Positions 60,198-64,000 of a stretch of 64,000 nt of DNA are shown here, piece by piece. How positions within the stretch are numbered: position 1 is the first letter of the stretch; every line of letters starts with the position of its first letter. This stretch comes from Macrostomum lignano (lineage: Eukaryota): NCBI GenBank assembly GCA_002269645.1, contig NIVC01002444.1, forward strand, positions 109,151 to 173,150. The letters run 5' to 3'. The notes below the pieces were generated by a model. That model was not told the origin of the DNA, did no database searches, and worked only from the letters and a program-made list of their open reading frames with translations. Made by a program: the position numbers and the translations under genes.

Positions 60198-62034
60198 CTA
60201 GCCAGATTATCCAGCAGGCCGGCCAGCAAAGTCCGCAAGCAGTCGGTGTCTGCCAGGCCGCAGCCAGCCAGCAGATCGCGGAGACCGCGCCGCAGCTCGG
60301 CGTTGTCCTCTTTGAGCGCGGCCAGACACACGTGCAGCTGCGGACCGGCTAGTTGGAAGTCGGCCAGCCGGGCCAGAGCTCGGACAGCGGCCAGCCGGAC
60401 GGCATGAATGTCGTCGGCGAGCATGTCCACCAGGACGTCGGCGCACTGGTCGGCAAAGGCCGGACAGCGTTCGGCAAGTCGGCCAGCGGAGCGAACTGCT
60501 GCGGCACGGACAGCGGAGCTCTCGTCTTCGAACCCGTTGACAAAAGCGCCGGAGGAGCCCAGGCTGAGCAGCGTGACGTCCTTCAGCTCGACGTCGCCAA
60601 TGGGAGCGCCGGCGCGTCGATCTCGCTGACGCTGCTGCGCCTGCAGGTCGTTTGGCCGGCGTCGAAGGCGTAGGTCGGTCATTACCTGGCGATCGAGAGT
60701 CGCCGCCAGCTCGGCCTCGGAGACGCGGCCGGCCAGGCGGCCGAGGGCACGGGCAGCGCGGACTCGAACTAGTGGACTGGCATCTTGCATGGCGCCGGCC
60801 AGGCGACGAAACGCCGCGTCGCCAGCGTCGATAGCATCGGCATCGGCAACGCCCTCGGAGGAGACGACTGAGGTGGTGGCATCGGGGTCTTCAGCGTCGG
60901 CAGCGGCGACAGCGGCAGCCAAGGCGATGTCGACGCAGACAGCGCGAACAGCGGGATCGTCGTCAGCGTCCATGGCGTTGTGCGCCAGCTCCAGCGGCAC
61001 GGGAGAATCGCCGGCGGTGAGCGACGAGGCTCGGCGCAGCCAGGCCAGATGGCAGGCGTGGGCGGCCCAGCGCACCCGGGGATCCTCGTGGCCAGTCATG
61101 AAGCCGGCCAGCTCAGCGCTGGTGACTCGCGGCGGCAGGAGGCGATCGCGCGGCGACATCGCCCTGCCAGCGAGCACCAGGCCGTGGGCCACCAGCCGGG
61201 ATCTGGCCGGCTGACCATGGCCGCTAGCAGGCGGTGCAGCCGCTCAACCAGCGTCGATGACGCCAGGAGGCCCGGACAGTGGATGAGGAGTCGCCGGATG
61301 CAGTCGAGGCCGCACAGCGTCAAGCCAACCGACGCGGCATCTTCGCCAACGGCGACAGACGACGATGAAGTCAAAGTGCCTGATGGTCGACTGGCGGACG
61401 CGCTGGTCGATGAAGGCGCCGACAAGTCGAGCAGTATGTCCAGGAAGCAGCGAAGACACTCCTCGGCGCACGCATCGACACTGTCATCCGACTTGTCGCT
61501 GGTGCTGTTTTCGTCACTGTCGGGCATCGTTGCTGTCGTCAACATGAGCAGCGCAAGCTCCTGGCAGAGGTCTCGACCGTCGGGTGTGTCGACGCGAGCC
61601 GACAGGCGGCGCAGCAAATCGGCCAAGCTTTGGATCAATCGGTGCCGTTTCAGACGCGCCAGGACGGTTTGCGCTAGCCGATGCAGCGCAGAAATTCTTG
61701 CGCTAGGCGACATGAGTGGAACAACGTCGCCCCCGCCGCTGGTGTCCACATCGTGCTGACTGAGCAGCAGATCTGCAGTAGCTTCTAGCCTGTCATCAAG
61801 CACCGACTGCAACAGCTGCTGCTCAAACTGGACGCTGACTGACCCAAGAGAAATGTCATCGTCAATGAGCATCAATGCGGGGTTGGCCATTGACATAGAT
61901 GAAGATGCTGCAGAGGCAGCTCCAGTAGTGTTCAAGCCAGTGCTAAGCTTGAGTCGCTTAGGAGCTGGCTGCTCAAGTTCAACCACTTCAGTCTCAGTCA
62001 GGCTGAGTGTTGGCACCTCTGGACTGGCTGCCAT
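60198..62034 (-). CDS. INTS4: Integrator complex subunit 4, first coding segment with a 1-nt frameshift near 61198-61200
   Basis: PKRLKL, HEDPRVRWAA, LDRQVMTDLRLRR, GSSGAFVNGFEDESSAVRAAAV and VDMLADDIHAVRLAAV match INTS4 HEAT repeats. Donor AG|GTACGA at 60197. Confidence 0.88.
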
Positions 62035-64000
62035 AATGGGCTACTAGGCTCAGTTGAGCTTATAGAAGCAGGTTTTTTAAGCCAGTAAAATCTCAATGTT
62101 CAGAATGTGTCATGCAAGTAGATAATAATTTATAGTGGAAAATAAAATGCCCTTATGTGATTTACAATGTCATGGGCTAGCTAATCTACACCATTGACAA
62201 ATTAGAATTTTTAATGTATTCATTTTTTAAATATCTGCCCTAAAGGCATATACACTCATAAGCCTAGTTGTATAGAAATGAAGATAGGACCTTTTATGAA
62301 TTTATATTGGGTAAAACACAAAGTTCTTGCAGTTTCTGAAGTTAAGCCTACAGAAATTTCTAGAAGCTTTGATAAGGTTTTGTGTACAGAGGTATATAAA
62401 TAATATTGACTGATACAGAGCAACCCAAATTCAAGTTTCAACCACAGTGCTATAATACCATTATATATACTTTAAGTACTTCATTTCATAAATAAAGCAT
62501 TTTCACAAAACAAGAACTTTTTGTTTTAGTATCTGATTAAGATTTACAAAAAATAGGCCTAGTTAGATATAGAAATTTATTTATAAAGCCAAAGGCTTTT
62601 TGTGAAATGAAATAAAAGCAATAGCTAACCTTTTGTGGTTATATTTTATATTGATTTATTTTAATAGTTAGATAACAACTTTCTAAATGACTTTTCAGAG
62701 CATATCTTTTATAATGACAAACATTTAGTTAAGAAGCTCTATTAAATTATTAATTGAAAAGAATACTAAAATAGGATGTTTAGATCCAGCCTATAAAAGA
62801 ATATACTTAGCGGCTTGTGAAAACGAAGTAAGTTGCAAGTAAGAAAAGTAAATTTTATTAGCTTTACACGTCAGGTATAAATAAGCATGTGATCACATGG
62901 GAAGTGCGCAAAAAGGTGGCATGATTGAAGGTCGACCCCCGAATTAGCATATTGGCTGTCTATCTGAGTACACCCACCCCTAGCCTGGTGGTAGGGGGTT
63001 TCAGTGCAAATGTACTTGCAATTACTGCTGCGTGTTGATTGGGCTGCCACAATACTTAATATTGATTTTATTAGACTGTTATTCAACTAAGAAACAACTA
63101 CCTAGGCTATTTTAGATTTGTTATATCTAAAGCATTTAAAAATCAAAACCAAAAGAAAAGTACTATTAATTAAATTCAATTTTAGCATTAAACTTTTTAA
63201 AATTGCAAATACAACTAAAAGTTTAATTTATACAAATTTTTAAAATATTTATGATAAGGTAAGCCTATCCATGCTTTTTGGTGCTTGTGTTTATAGTGCC
63301 TGGCATTTTGGTGCCCCAGTTTGCTTTTTGATAGGCCTACCTGAATTATAAATTAGAATTAGAACCTAAAATATGAGGTAGGCCTTATTTTAGCATTGTT
63401 CATTTCCTAGAAAGTAGTATATTTGAAACTAGACTATTTTGTTTTAATACGTATAATATTAGTAATATTGTAAATATTTAAATATTATGAAATTTTATTT
63501 GTTTAAAAGACCAAATTGAGAGGAGTATAAATACACAAGCCGAATAAGAAGGAGAGCAACTTGTGCTTTGCTGGCTTCAAGCTTAAAACTGTTCTAGTAT
63601 ATTGCTCGATACTTACTGACTTAGTTATTTTAGAAAGCATCAGAAGCCCCAAGATTGGAGAGTTCAACCCGTTCTTAGAGAATGAGACAACCAGATCTAG
63701 GATCTGAGAAATCGTTTAGGGCAGAGATCCTACCACAAGTAGAGAAGCCCAGACTCAAGTCTAAGAAAACCGCCTCAGGGAAGAATACCCAGTGAAGTGC
63801 GCTGTGACCTTTGATCCCAGGAATGCCCAGACTGAGAATAATATCTTTAGAGGAATATAGGAAAAGGATAGACAGTGCCTAAAAAGACCACTCAGGCCAG
63901 AAGTACAATAAAAGTATATATGCTACTAATAGACGTATATATGCTACTAGTAAGCAAGGTAATAACCAGCAATATTAACAAGAAGGAATAACCCCTGTAA

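Noticed and set aside
61150-61225. A tiny intron explaining the INTS4 frame switch
   Set aside because: Candidate GT..AG pairs of 13 and 52 nt give the wrong frame. The 29-nt one is very short, GC-rich, and lacks a pyrimidine tract or branch motif.
58232-61759. Numerous overlapping ORFs around INTS4
   Set aside because: They are alternative-frame or antisense products of very GC-rich coding sequence.

Overview
Eukaryotic (animal) genomic DNA with spliceosomal introns, most likely a free-living flatworm such as Macrostomum. That assignment is an inference from the EF-hand+dynein-light-chain TAL gene, GC/Ala-rich coding sequence and dense minisatellites. Genes in order: RPS5 (-, 2 exons), V-ATPase subunit E (-, 2 exons), RPS26 (-), a head-to-head inverted pair of microsomal epoxide hydrolases, a single-coding-exon ankyrin-repeat/TRPM-like channel (-), a low-complexity single-pass membrane ORF (+), a cytosolic sulfotransferase (-, 2 exons), a TAL-like protein (-, 2 exons), a decayed Ty3/Gypsy pol, alanine aminotransferase (+, 5 exons), a TMEM243-like gene (-, 2 exons) and INTS4 (-, with a 1-nt frameshift). 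Between and inside genes lie many mini/microsatellites, MITEs, a foldback element and tRNA-derived SINEs. No CRISPR, rRNA or intact tRNA genes were seen. The strongest leads are three. (1) The TMEM243-like intron is an ~80-fold tandem amplification of a complete GT..CTAAC..CAG mini-intron-like unit, i.e. a stack of AG|GT sites. (2) The TRPM-type channel carries canonical ankyrin repeats in place of the usual N-terminal MHR1/2 region. (3) The epoxide hydrolase palindrome is near-identical up to the catalytic nucleophile, then diverges, and one copy has lost a catalytic Tyr. Family assignments come from remembered motifs; no database search was run.
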